This document shows, in pieces, positions 29,954 through 39,862 of a DNA stretch of 63,970 nt. Source of the DNA: an uncultured virus (IMG/VR IMGVR_UViG_3300011114_000961) (Duplodnaviria; Heunggongvirae; Uroviricota; Caudoviricetes); the IMG/VR virus record IMGVR_UViG_3300011114_000961, positions 62,001 to 125,970 of that record, one strand, 5' to 3'. The translations under genes and the position numbers were made by a program. Each line of letters starts with the position of its first letter. The first letter of the stretch is position 1. The notes under the pieces are model-generated. The model ran no database searches. It was not told the DNA's origin and saw only the letters and a program-made list of their open reading frames with translations.

Positions 29954-31234
29954 ATGAAACAGATTTTTATTTTGTTAACTATACTGTTATCCGCGTGTGG
30001 TGGCGGCGGTGACGGAACAGCAAGCAATAACTCAATTCCTAGTCCAGTGCCTAGCCAAACTGCTGTGATCAATACTGCTAACAAAGTGATGGCTTATCAA
30101 AACGAAAACAGTGTGAGCCATTCATTCAATGTTGCAGTGGCTGATTTGAACGGAGATGGATTAGAGGATGTTGTGGTCACTGGATGGGCGGTGATGCCTG
30201 CAGGTTGGTCTGGTGTTCGTAATGCTAACGTGCCTGTAAAAATTCTCATACAACAAGAAAATGGCACGTTATTAGATCGCACGGATGCACTGCTGGGATC
30301 AAATAATATGATTGCTGGCGCACAACGAATTCTCATTGAGGATTTTGATAATGATGGCCGACCGGATATTTTTGTTGGTGGGTTTCAGGATGTGCCCAGC
30401 CGGTCGGCCACCAGTGTGATGTTTTGGAACAATGGATCAACATGGACTCGACAGGACTTTACAGAATCTGTATGGGCACATGCAGCATGTGCAGGAGATT
30501 TGCGAGGCACTGGCCGCAAAGATATTGTGATGGGCGCAAATGGAACCAGCCCCAATACCATTTTGGTAAACAACGGGTCAAGGTCATTCACGGTAAATCA
30601 CTCGCTTACCAACACACCCATCAGCAGCGCCGGTGCATGCAGCATTGTCAAAGATTCAACTACCGGAAACATTGGTATTATCACAACCGATGTTGCCACC
30701 GAAGGGAATTACAGTGCTTATGTGAGAGTGTTTGATTCAAACATGAATTATATTACCACTCGTGGATTACCCGGCAGTGAAGAACGAGACAATATGAATC
30801 TCACTCACGATATAGTTAGTGTAGTGATTGTTGACATAGATAAAGATGGTGACCAGGATGTGGTATTGCTTGACAATGGCAATTTTAGATCCACAACTCC
30901 AACTGGTAAATTTACGGTGTTGGTCAATCAGGGCAATTTTAACTTTGTTGATCAAACCAACACATACTTTCCTTCACAAACAAATGATTTTGCTTTTGCA
31001 ATGTATTCTCGTGTGGTTGATGCTGGTTCAAAAATATCTCTAATCGTTGGCGATGGTAAGGCTGCGCCAGCAGCAATATTATGGAAGCAAGATACTGTAT
31101 CATTTAGTAAAACATCAACTGATTTATCAATGCAATATTTGACATTGTACAAAACCCGTAACAATAGTTACAAAGTGCTAATGTACGAAAATCTCATCCT
31201 GGGTCAATACACTTTTTATACGAAAGATTTATAA
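29954..31234 (+). CDS. Lipoprotein with FG-GAP/VCBS repeats
   Basis: Lipobox LSAC after a hydrophobic signal; DLNGDGLED, DFDNDGRPD, DIDKDGDQD repeats; own promoter. Confidence 0.8.
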   Translation: MKQIFILLTILLSACGGGGDGTASNNSIPSPVPSQTAVINTANKVMAYQNENSVSHSFNVAVADLNGDGLEDVVVTGWAVMPAGWSGVRNANVPVKILIQQENGTLLDRTDALLGSNNMIAGAQRILIEDFDNDGRPDIFVGGFQDVPSRSATSVMFWNNGSTWTRQDFTESVWAHAACAGDLRGTGRKDIVMGANGTSPNTILVNNGSRSFTVNHSLTNTPISSAGACSIVKDSTTGNIGIITTDVATEGNYSAYVRVFDSNMNYITTRGLPGSEERDNMNLTHDIVSVVIVDIDKDGDQDVVLLDNGNFRSTTPTGKFTVLVNQGNFNFVDQTNTYFPSQTNDFAFAMYSRVVDAGSKISLIVGDGKAAPAAILWKQDTVSFSKTSTDLSMQYLTLYKTRNNSYKVLMYENLILGQYTFYTKDL

Positions 31235-31626
31235 TGGATTTAGCAGAAGCACAACAAACAGGCATAGCACCGTGGGATCAACATCTTAAAGACCTCAGTG
31301 ATTTTCACGTCACCGTGTTTCAAGATCGTTATCCAGTCGCACCGGGACATTTGCTGTTCGTACCAAACTACAATACTCTCACAGTGATCAATGATGCATT
31401 TGAAAGTGCATTACGATATGGCGAAAGAATGGTGAGACAGGGAGAATATGATGGATACAATATTGGTTTTAATTCTGGCACCGCTGCTGGTCAGACTGTG
31501 ATGTATCCACACATACATTTGATCCCTCGGCGGCACGGTGAGTGTACTGATCCAATAGGTGGTGGGCGTGGGGTCATACCTGGGCAGGCCAACTACAAAA
31601 CAGATGGCTATAAACAGCCAGACTAA
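31234..31626 (+). CDS. HIT-family nucleotide hydrolase
   Basis: PGHLLFVP and AGQTVMYPHIHLIPR motifs. Confidence 0.9.
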   Translation: MDLAEAQQTGIAPWDQHLKDLSDFHVTVFQDRYPVAPGHLLFVPNYNTLTVINDAFESALRYGERMVRQGEYDGYNIGFNSGTAAGQTVMYPHIHLIPRRHGECTDPIGGGRGVIPGQANYKTDGYKQPD

Positions 31627-31707
31627 ATATCCATACATCGGCCTATCGGCATCGTCCCGCTATACAAACTCCGCCGCCTATGCTATAATCTAACATAGGA
31701 GAAAATC

Positions 31708-32190
31708 ATGGCAAAGAAATATTTTTCAACAAAAACTTACAGGCAAATTGGCCCTGTGGCCTATCGTCAATGGCGTGCGGATAGTCATTGCAATCTCATA
31801 CATGGTTACGCAATGAGCTTTCACTTCGAATTTGAAGCAGACACCCTGGACGCACGTAACTGGGTCACTGACTTTGGTGGACTGAAACCGCTCAAAGAAA
31901 AACTAGAAGAATGGTTTGACCATACTTTGTTAGTGGCACAAGATGATCCCATGCGTGAGCACCTGTTGGAACTGGGTCGCTTGAAACTGGCCAAGATTAC
32001 TGAAGTAGAACGCACTGGTTGTGAAGGCATTGCTGACTTTTTGTATGAATACATTAACACTATCTTCTTGCCCAACTGCGGCAGCGAAGAAGCCCGACGT
32101 GTGTGGTGTACCAGAGTAGAAGTTCGTGAAACAGATTCAAACATGGCAGGACGTCAAGGACACAGAGAGGACCATGAATTCAATGACTGA
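31708..32190 (+). CDS. queD: 6-carboxytetrahydropterin synthase
   Basis: CNLIHGY, DFGGLK, FDH, VRET motifs. Confidence 0.88.
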   Translation: MAKKYFSTKTYRQIGPVAYRQWRADSHCNLIHGYAMSFHFEFEADTLDARNWVTDFGGLKPLKEKLEEWFDHTLLVAQDDPMREHLLELGRLKLAKITEVERTGCEGIADFLYEYINTIFLPNCGSEEARRVWCTRVEVRETDSNMAGRQGHREDHEFND

Positions 32191-33043
32191 ACATCGTTAT
32201 AACATAGCCATGCTATTGGCCACTCGTGGCCGCACTGCCAGTCTAGACCGCAGCATACGCAGTCTAGTAGAACTGGCAGATGATCCTAAAAAATTGCAAT
32301 TGATGTTTGCATTTGACAAGGACGATGAAATAGGCACAAGTTTTTTTAAAGAAACATTGCAGCCTTGGTTAGATTCTCAATCAGTCACCTACGTGGCCAT
32401 GCGGTTTGATCGGTTAGGCTATGTGAATCTGCACAAATACAACAATGCATTGGCCAAGCTGTCTGACAGCGAATGGTTGATGATCTGGAATGATGATGCT
32501 GTGATGCAAACCAAAGGATGGGACAGTGTGATCATGAGCTACACAGATCCGCATTTGAAATTGTTGGGCTTCTGTACTCATAACATGCATCCTTACAGCA
32601 TCTTTCCCACTATACCTCGTGCTTGGTTTGATTTGTTGGGTTATATCTCTCCGCACAGCACACAAGATGGGTGGGTGAGTCAACAAGCATACCTGTTGGA
32701 TATCTATCACAGAATTCCAGTTGATGTGTTACACGATCGATTTGATCTTACTGGCAACAACGGGGATGCCACTTTCTTGGACCGACATATTTTAGAAGGC
32801 AAACCACTGGATCCAAATGATTTCCATAGTTTACCAAATCTTCAAATACGTCAAGGTGACTGTGCCAAATTGGCCATGTACATGCAAGAGCATGGGCAGA
32901 GTACTGAATATTTCGAAAATGTGTTTAAAGGTACTCAAGAGCCGTGGCAGCGACTGCTAGAAAACGACCCTAACAATCAAATGAAACAATTTAACAATCC
33001 ACACTTTGGCAAACCGGCGACTGCAGAATCAATAAGTACATGA
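32183..33043 (+). CDS. GT-A glycosyltransferase (GT2-like), paralog 1
   Basis: LLATRGR and WNDD motifs; collinear with 35068-35913. Confidence 0.75.
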   Translation: MTEHRYNIAMLLATRGRTASLDRSIRSLVELADDPKKLQLMFAFDKDDEIGTSFFKETLQPWLDSQSVTYVAMRFDRLGYVNLHKYNNALAKLSDSEWLMIWNDDAVMQTKGWDSVIMSYTDPHLKLLGFCTHNMHPYSIFPTIPRAWFDLLGYISPHSTQDGWVSQQAYLLDIYHRIPVDVLHDRFDLTGNNGDATFLDRHILEGKPLDPNDFHSLPNLQIRQGDCAKLAMYMQEHGQSTEYFENVFKGTQEPWQRLLENDPNNQMKQFNNPHFGKPATAESIST

Positions 33044-35040
33044 TGAAACATAAAATTGCCTGGGTCCAACCCAATTTCCAACAAGGTCCCAAAGAGTTCA
33101 ATGCGTATTACCTGCCCTACTCAGCTGGTGTAGTATGGAGTTACAGTCTAGCTGACCCAGAGATCCGCGAACGATTTGAAGCCACTGATTGGATCTGGCG
33201 CAGAGATGCCATAGAACCATTGGCACAGCGTCTAGCACAAAATCAAATTGTGACTTTCAGCACCTACGTATGGAATCATCGGTACAATTATGCACTGGCC
33301 AAACGAATCAAAGAAATAAATCCTGCTGTGTTGACTGTGTTTGGTGGCCCCGAAGTTGCAATTACCGATCCTGACTTGTTTGTGAAAGAACCTTTTATAG
33401 ATCTCGTGATCTGCTACGAAGGAGAAATAACTTTCAAAAATGTGCTACAGCATTTTGAAACCAAAGATTGGGAAAATGTATCCGGTGTGTTGATCAACAG
33501 AGATGGTCGAGCAGTAAAGACACAAGATGCCAAACGCATTGAATCATTAGAAGAAGTGCCAAGTCCGTACTTGGCAGGCATCTTTGATCAAATGATAGCC
33601 GAACATCCTGACGTGACATGGCAAGGTACTTTGGAAACCAATCGTGGATGCCCATTTGCTTGCACATTTTGTGACTGGGGCAGTCTGACCTATAACAAGG
33701 TCAAGAAGTTCGAACTAGAACGTGTGTTTGAGGAACTGGAATGGATGGCCAAACACAACTTTGACTGGATCTCAATTACAGATGCCAACTTTGGTATGTT
33801 CCCCGAACGTGATGGCATGATTGCAGACAAGATCATTGAGATGCAAGAAAAGTACGGATCTCCGAGAACATTCAGTGTGGCCTGGGCTAAAAATCAAAAG
33901 AAAGAAGTCATAGACATTGTGAAGAAATTGTTGGACGCACGTGGCTTCAACCAAGGCCTGACACTGAGTGTACAAAGTTTAGATTTGGATGTGCTGGAAA
34001 ACATTCGTCGAAAAAACATGGAGATGAACAAGTTAGAAGAAGTGTTTGAGCTGTGCGACCAGCGCAACATTCCTGCCTACACAGAACTCATACTTGGTTT
34101 GCCCGGAGAGTCACTGGAATCATGGAAGAAAAACTTCTATGCATTGTATGATTTGAATCAGCACACTGGTATCACTGTGTTCCAGGCACAGTTGTTGGAA
34201 AACGCCGAAATGAACTTGTTGCAAAAGAAACTGTTCAAGATCACCAGTCAACCTGTTACTGATTACTTTGCCGGCAGTTACAGTGTGGAACACATTGAAG
34301 AAAGCATTGATGTCATAACAGGCACCAAAGATATGCCTACCCCAGTGATGTTGGATGCACAGATCTTTTCGTGGTTCCAGACCACATTCCATATCAATGG
34401 ATTTGCTACTCTGGTTGCTAGATTCATCAACAAGTACAAAGGCCTAAGTTACAACGACTACTATGAAGATTTATTTGCGTACTTTCTGACCAACGATTGG
34501 TTAAAAAAGGAAGAAGCTGAGGCAAGGCAATATTTCTCCAACTGGATGACCACTGGTCGAATTAACCATCCCAAGATTGGTGTGGAGATACACGGTTGGA
34601 ATATCATTCATAGAACCAGTATGAACATGCATCAAGAAGATCGTGTGGATGAACTGTATGATTTCTTGGAAATATTTTTACAACGTTACGACTTACCCAA
34701 AGATTTGTTGGCCAGTTTGATGAAGCTGCAAAGAGGTTACTACATCAAATACAACGACAGAAATCAATATCCAATGAATCTTGAATTGGACTATAATATT
34801 TGGGATTATTTGAGTTTCAACCAAGCTCTACAGAAGACTGCCACAACATATCGCTTGGACTTTCCAGAAGACAAAACCATGAGCCGCAATCGATTTTTGG
34901 AGTTGTTTTATTTTGCAAGACGCAGAAATTTTGGCAAAGCCACAGTGGATTTGGTAGGAGTTGAAAATCTCAAAGGTACACATCGCGGTGCTGGTGCTGC
35001 CAAAGCACAAGGTACTTTTTCTATTAAAAAAACGTATTAA
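33040..35040 (+). CDS. B12-binding radical SAM protein
   Basis: FSTYVWN..GGPE..EGE cobalamin-binding domain; RGCPFACTFC; LILGLPGE. Confidence 0.92.
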   Translation: MMKHKIAWVQPNFQQGPKEFNAYYLPYSAGVVWSYSLADPEIRERFEATDWIWRRDAIEPLAQRLAQNQIVTFSTYVWNHRYNYALAKRIKEINPAVLTVFGGPEVAITDPDLFVKEPFIDLVICYEGEITFKNVLQHFETKDWENVSGVLINRDGRAVKTQDAKRIESLEEVPSPYLAGIFDQMIAEHPDVTWQGTLETNRGCPFACTFCDWGSLTYNKVKKFELERVFEELEWMAKHNFDWISITDANFGMFPERDGMIADKIIEMQEKYGSPRTFSVAWAKNQKKEVIDIVKKLLDARGFNQGLTLSVQSLDLDVLENIRRKNMEMNKLEEVFELCDQRNIPAYTELILGLPGESLESWKKNFYALYDLNQHTGITVFQAQLLENAEMNLLQKKLFKITSQPVTDYFAGSYSVEHIEESIDVITGTKDMPTPVMLDAQIFSWFQTTFHINGFATLVARFINKYKGLSYNDYYEDLFAYFLTNDWLKKEEAEARQYFSNWMTTGRINHPKIGVEIHGWNIIHRTSMNMHQEDRVDELYDFLEIFLQRYDLPKDLLASLMKLQRGYYIKYNDRNQYPMNLELDYNIWDYLSFNQALQKTATTYRLDFPEDKTMSRNRFLELFYFARRRNFGKATVDLVGVENLKGTHRGAGAAKAQGTFSIKKTY

Positions 35041-35067
35041 CTGTATAAAATAATTGTGAGAGAATTT

Positions 35068-35913
35068 ATGGATACTGAATTCAAGTATGATATCAGTGTG
35101 CTGTTGCCCACACGAGGGCGTACTACTGCACTGAGACGAAGTGTACAATCACTGTACGACAATGCAGCTGACCCAAAGTCAATATACTTAATGCTGGGTT
35201 TTGATCAGGACGATGCTGTGGGCACAGACTATTTTTATACCAGTTTGAAACCCTGGTTGGATTCTATCAAAGCCAACTACACCGCAATGAAATTTGAACC
35301 CATGGGGTATATTCGACTGAACGAATATGTGAATGCAATGGCACGCATGGTCAAATCTCGTTGGTATATCATTTGGAATGACGATGCTGTGATGCAGACG
35401 CCTGCATGGGATAGTGAAATTATGAAACATGAAGGTAAATTCAAACTGTTGGCATTCTGCACACACAATTTACATCCTTACAGTATTTTTCCCATTGTGC
35501 CACGCAAGTGGCTGGAATTGTTGGGATATCTTTGCCCGCATCAAATTTCTGATGCATGGCTGAGTCAACAGGCCTACATACTAGATGTGTTTGAACGCAT
35601 ACCTGTTGATGTGGCACATGAACGTTACGATCTCACTGGAAAAAATCAAGACGCTACTTTCAACAACAGACCCATGCTGGAAGGCAATCCCAAAGACCCT
35701 AGAGATTTTTTATACGCGGATGTGATAGAACTACGATATAGCGATTGTAGGAAAATTGCTGCATACATGGAAAGTATAGGAATGAGCACTGAGTTTTTTA
35801 AAAACGTACTTAGAGGCACACAAGACCCCTGGGAAAAACTCAAGATCAATGACGTAAATCATCAACAATCACAATGGAGCATGGAGATCAAACGATCTAT
35901 CATGGAAGGATAA
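35068..35913 (+). CDS. GT-A glycosyltransferase (GT2-like), paralog 2
   Basis: LLPTRGR, WNDD, HPYSIFP motifs. Confidence 0.75.
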   Translation: MDTEFKYDISVLLPTRGRTTALRRSVQSLYDNAADPKSIYLMLGFDQDDAVGTDYFYTSLKPWLDSIKANYTAMKFEPMGYIRLNEYVNAMARMVKSRWYIIWNDDAVMQTPAWDSEIMKHEGKFKLLAFCTHNLHPYSIFPIVPRKWLELLGYLCPHQISDAWLSQQAYILDVFERIPVDVAHERYDLTGKNQDATFNNRPMLEGNPKDPRDFLYADVIELRYSDCRKIAAYMESIGMSTEFFKNVLRGTQDPWEKLKINDVNHQQSQWSMEIKRSIMEG

Positions 35914-35916
35914 TCA

Positions 35917-36699
35917 ATGAACGACCAAACACTTGAACAGCGTATCATACGCTACTGGGACAATCAACCTTGTAATATTTTACATGGCACCAGCGAAGTA
36001 GGAACATTGGAATTTTATCAACAGGTATCTGAACGCAGATATCGAGTGGAGTCACACATAAGAGAATTTGCCAGCTTTCATCTTTGGCAAGGCAAACGTG
36101 TGTTAGAGATTGGCTGTGGCATAGGAACAGATGCTGCTGAATTTGCCCGATACGGTGCAGATTATACTGCTATTGACATTAGCCCGCGCACGGTAAAATT
36201 AGCTCAAGAACGATTCAAAGTTGAAGGGCTGGATGGAAACTTTGTGTGCGGCGATGCCAGTGATGCTGCGGTATACCAAGGCCTGGGCCAGTTTGATTTG
36301 GTTTACAGTTGCGGAGTCATGCATCACTTTCCACGGATTGATGATATGATACAAAATGCATATGACGTGTTGGTGCCTCACGGCGAATTTAGATTTTTGG
36401 TATACGCCAAAAACAGCTGGAAGTACAGCATGATTCGTAAAGGTCTCGATCAATTTGAAGCACAAAATGGTTGCCCGTATGCCAAGGCCTACACCAATGA
36501 AGAAGTGTATGCATTGTTGGGCGACCGTTTTCATATTGAGCGTTTGCGCCAGGCACATTGTTTCATGTACGATGTGCCGGCTTACAAACAAGGTAGATAT
36601 GAATTGGAACCTTGGTTTGAGGCCATGCCGGCTGACATGCGAGATGCCATCAAAGAATATCTTGGGTGGCACCTTCTGGTCAAAGCTCGGAAAACATGA
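35917..36699 (+). CDS. Class I SAM-dependent methyltransferase
   Basis: VLEIGCGIG, IDIS, FDLVYSCGVMHH motifs. Confidence 0.92.
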   Translation: MNDQTLEQRIIRYWDNQPCNILHGTSEVGTLEFYQQVSERRYRVESHIREFASFHLWQGKRVLEIGCGIGTDAAEFARYGADYTAIDISPRTVKLAQERFKVEGLDGNFVCGDASDAAVYQGLGQFDLVYSCGVMHHFPRIDDMIQNAYDVLVPHGEFRFLVYAKNSWKYSMIRKGLDQFEAQNGCPYAKAYTNEEVYALLGDRFHIERLRQAHCFMYDVPAYKQGRYELEPWFEAMPADMRDAIKEYLGWHLLVKARKT

Positions 36700-37403
36700 G
36701 CCGATTATTTGCATTTGGTTGTAGTTTTACCAACTATCGTTGGCCTACTTGGGTGGATTGTTTAGAGCCTGAGTTTGATCACACACAAAATTGGGGACAG
36801 GCCGGTGGCGGCAATCACTACATATTCAATTCAGTAATGGAATGTGATCAACGCAATACTTTTGGTCCAGGTGACACTGTGGTTGTGTGTTGGACCAGTA
36901 TAGATCGTGAAGATAGATATGTAGACAATCGCTGGCATACACCGGGAAATGCATATTTTGCCAAAACGGTGTATCATCCAGAATATATTCGTTCACATAT
37001 TGATGAGCGAGGATTTTTAATACGAGATTTAGCATATATCAAAGCTGTTAAAACATTGTTAGAATCACGTCCAGGAGTTGACTGGAAATTTTTAAGCATG
37101 GTTGAACTCATGGCAAGACCCAATGACGACGATGATGTGAGTCAATATCGTGATGTCATGCGACTTTACAGCAATGTGCTAGATTGCATTTTACCCGGAT
37201 ACGATAAAACAGTTTTTAAAAACAACTGGCCCAAACCCGGACCTGATCCGCACCCCAGTCCTGAAGAACATTTGGCTTACTTAGATGCAGTGTTACCAGG
37301 ATGGGTGACAAAATCTGAAACTCGTGTTAAAATGCACAAAGTCAGTATCAATCTAAATAAAGATCCAAACTACTCAGGAATGACCAAGGTAACAAGATTA
37401 TGA
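36696..37403 (+). CDS. SGNH-like hypothetical protein
   Basis: GCSFT, NWGQAGGGN, DPHP motifs. Confidence 0.6.
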   Translation: MSRLFAFGCSFTNYRWPTWVDCLEPEFDHTQNWGQAGGGNHYIFNSVMECDQRNTFGPGDTVVVCWTSIDREDRYVDNRWHTPGNAYFAKTVYHPEYIRSHIDERGFLIRDLAYIKAVKTLLESRPGVDWKFLSMVELMARPNDDDDVSQYRDVMRLYSNVLDCILPGYDKTVFKNNWPKPGPDPHPSPEEHLAYLDAVLPGWVTKSETRVKMHKVSINLNKDPNYSGMTKVTRL

Positions 37404-38251
37404 GCAAAATTAAAATAGCAGAACTATTCTACAGCATACAAGGCGAAGGCCGCTACATGGGTGTGCCCAGTGTGTTCTTACGTACATTTGGCTGCAACTT
37501 TAAATGTGCAGGCTTTGGAATGCCACGCGGAAAATTGAGTGATGAAGCAGAATTCATTGATCCTACAAAATTTCGTACATACAATGAATTGCCATTAGTA
37601 AGCACAGGCTGTGACAGTTACGCCAGCTGGGATCCACGTTTCAAAGACCTAAGTCCAATGCTGACTACAGATGCCATTGTAGAACGTATTATAGAAATAC
37701 TTCCGCATGGCGAGTGGCGCGATGAGCATTTGGTTATCACCGGAGGCGAACCATTGCTGGGATGGCAGAAACAATTTCCAGACTTGCTGAAACATCCCAA
37801 GATGAAAGGTCTTAAAGAAATTACATTTGAGACAAATGGCACTCAAAAACTAACAACTGAATTCAAACAATACCTGCATACATGGAAATATCATGATGAT
37901 ATTGACTTTTGTAGAGACGTTACATTTAGTGTGAGTGCCAAATTACCATGCAGCGGAGAGCTGTGGTCGGATGCTATCAAACCTGAATGTGTATTCGAGT
38001 ATGAAGAGTATGGCACAGCATATTTGAAGTTTGTTATTGCCACAGAACAAGACTTTGTGGATGCTGAACGTGCCATTGTTGAATATCGTAATGCTGGATT
38101 TACAGGACACGTTTATCTAATGCCAGTGGGCGGTGTAGAAAGTGTTTATGCAATGAACAATCGTAATGTAGCACTGTTGGCAATGAAACATGGATTACGA
38201 TACAGTGACCGACTACAAGTTCCATTGTTTAAAAACGAATGGGGCACCTGA
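37400..38251 (+). CDS. queE: 7-carboxy-7-deazaguanine synthase
   Basis: ELFYSIQGEG, RTFGCNFKC...CD, TGGEP, ETNGT motifs. Confidence 0.92.
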   Translation: MSKIKIAELFYSIQGEGRYMGVPSVFLRTFGCNFKCAGFGMPRGKLSDEAEFIDPTKFRTYNELPLVSTGCDSYASWDPRFKDLSPMLTTDAIVERIIEILPHGEWRDEHLVITGGEPLLGWQKQFPDLLKHPKMKGLKEITFETNGTQKLTTEFKQYLHTWKYHDDIDFCRDVTFSVSAKLPCSGELWSDAIKPECVFEYEEYGTAYLKFVIATEQDFVDAERAIVEYRNAGFTGHVYLMPVGGVESVYAMNNRNVALLAMKHGLRYSDRLQVPLFKNEWGT

Positions 38252-38255
38252 CAGA

Positions 38256-38729
38256 GTGACTGACAAATCAAATCTAATCAAAGGACGCAACAGCTACGAT
38301 AGCACCAGTACAGGAGCACTTGTTCCATTCTTAAACAGGAATGTGACTCCTTATGCTACTGAAAGCAGTGGTCCCAAGTTTGATTTGATCCCTGTCACTG
38401 AGCAGAAGGATCTCATGATCAATCATGCCAGGATGTATGCCCAGCAAGAGTATGATCGCATAATGGCTTTGGTACATGTGCTAGAAGATCAAGCCCAGCA
38501 GATCAAACGCAGATTAGAGATAACAGATGCGGTACACGGTGCAGAGTTCCAATTCAAACTGGTAATGGGTAGATGTTATTGGTTGGTGTGGGAGAAAAGG
38601 CGAGAAAAAATGTTGCTGGTGCCTACTGGGCCAAATGGTTGGAGTAGCGCCGCGCCAGAAGATTATGAGTATGTGGCACAGGTAAAATACATGGGCGACC
38701 ATACTTGGATGGAAATAAAAGAGGATTGA
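38256..38729 (+). CDS. Hypothetical protein (DUF2452-like)
   Basis: TPY..PKF, coiled coil, DHTW terminal motif; probable GTG start. Confidence 0.55.
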   Translation: MTDKSNLIKGRNSYDSTSTGALVPFLNRNVTPYATESSGPKFDLIPVTEQKDLMINHARMYAQQEYDRIMALVHVLEDQAQQIKRRLEITDAVHGAEFQFKLVMGRCYWLVWEKRREKMLLVPTGPNGWSSAAPEDYEYVAQVKYMGDHTWMEIKED

Positions 38730-38730
38730 T

Positions 38731-39141
38731 ATGGGATTACTTGATATTTTTCGAAAAAAAGCAACACTGGCACCTGAGCCAAAAGTAGCACCAGCTGCAC
38801 CTAAAGTTCGAGCGCCCAGGGAAGAATCCAAGTCTGCTAAACAACTGGCTACCGAAGCCAACGAGCCGTATGTGGCTGTGTTGCGTATGGATGTGGATCC
38901 CAACAACCTGCATCAAGGTGCGTTCGAACTAGACTGGAATGAGATCTTTGTGGCGCGATTGGTCAAGGCAGGTTACATGATCAAAAAAGATGATGCCGAT
39001 TCTGACATAGTGGACCGTTGGTTCCAAAATGTATGTAGACATGTGGTCATGGAGACCTGGGAACAAGAACAAGCTATCAAGAATTCTGGAGTGTATGTAC
39101 AGTCAAGAAACATCGGCGATGGCCGCAGCGAGATAAGTTGA
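38731..39141 (+). CDS. Hypothetical phage protein
   Basis: 136-aa ORF with GAGG RBS; FELDWN motif. Confidence 0.7.
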   Translation: MGLLDIFRKKATLAPEPKVAPAAPKVRAPREESKSAKQLATEANEPYVAVLRMDVDPNNLHQGAFELDWNEIFVARLVKAGYMIKKDDADSDIVDRWFQNVCRHVVMETWEQEQAIKNSGVYVQSRNIGDGRSEIS

Positions 39142-39389
39142 TGCAAGGACTAGCGCCTCCAAAGACCATAAAGATCTACCAACTGTTGAAAATGTCAACC
39201 AATAAAAGTTTGTATATTTTATCTGTTGGCACCAACACTGGTACTACTGCTGTTGGCACAGGTATGTATACGACACTGCAAGAAGCTGAGTACAGCCGTA
39301 CATTAGAGATTCTTAGAGACACCGATAGTGCATACAATTCTTATCACATCTTTGAACTAGAATTTCCCAACCCAATATACAAAGAATGA
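39141..39389 (+). CDS. Hypothetical protein
   Basis: Coupled short ORF. Confidence 0.55.
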   Translation: MQGLAPPKTIKIYQLLKMSTNKSLYILSVGTNTGTTAVGTGMYTTLQEAEYSRTLEILRDTDSAYNSYHIFELEFPNPIYKE

Positions 39390-39862
39390 TATTCAATCAC
39401 ATTAAACAACTCAAGTCTGAAGGCAAGCGCATAGGCATCACGTTCTCAACTTTTGACATGCTGCATGCCGGGCATATTGCCATGCTGAGTGAAGCTAAAA
39501 ATCATTGTGACTACTTGATTGCAGGCTTGCAGACTGATCCTACTATAGATCGCCCGGATACCAAAAATCATCCTGTACAGAGCGTGGTGGAACGACAAAT
39601 ACAATTGGCTGCATGTCGTTATGTAGACGAAGTTGTGGTGTATCAAACTGAACAAGATCTTATTGACCTGTTGTTGATCCTGCCTGTGGATGTACGTATC
39701 TTGGGTGTGGAATATTGTGACAAAGATTTCACTGGTCGAGATGAAGGTTCCCGAAGAGGCATTGAACTGGTATTTAATGGTCGTGATCATTCATTCTCTA
39801 GTTCAAGCCTGCGTCGACGTGTGGCGGCGGCCGAGAGTCACAAAGTGTTGTCACAAAAATGA
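39386..39862 (+). CDS. Cytidylyltransferase (TagD/RfaE-like)
   Basis: TFDMLHAGH (HxGH) and SSSSLR motifs. Confidence 0.9.
   Translation: MIFNHIKQLKSEGKRIGITFSTFDMLHAGHIAMLSEAKNHCDYLIAGLQTDPTIDRPDTKNHPVQSVVERQIQLAACRYVDEVVVYQTEQDLIDLLLILPVDVRILGVEYCDKDFTGRDEGSRRGIELVFNGRDHSFSSSSLRRRVAAAESHKVLSQK

Noticed and set aside
31630..31707. Canonical preQ1 riboswitch upstream of queD
   Set aside because: I cannot match the class I-III consensus; kept only as an unassigned leader.
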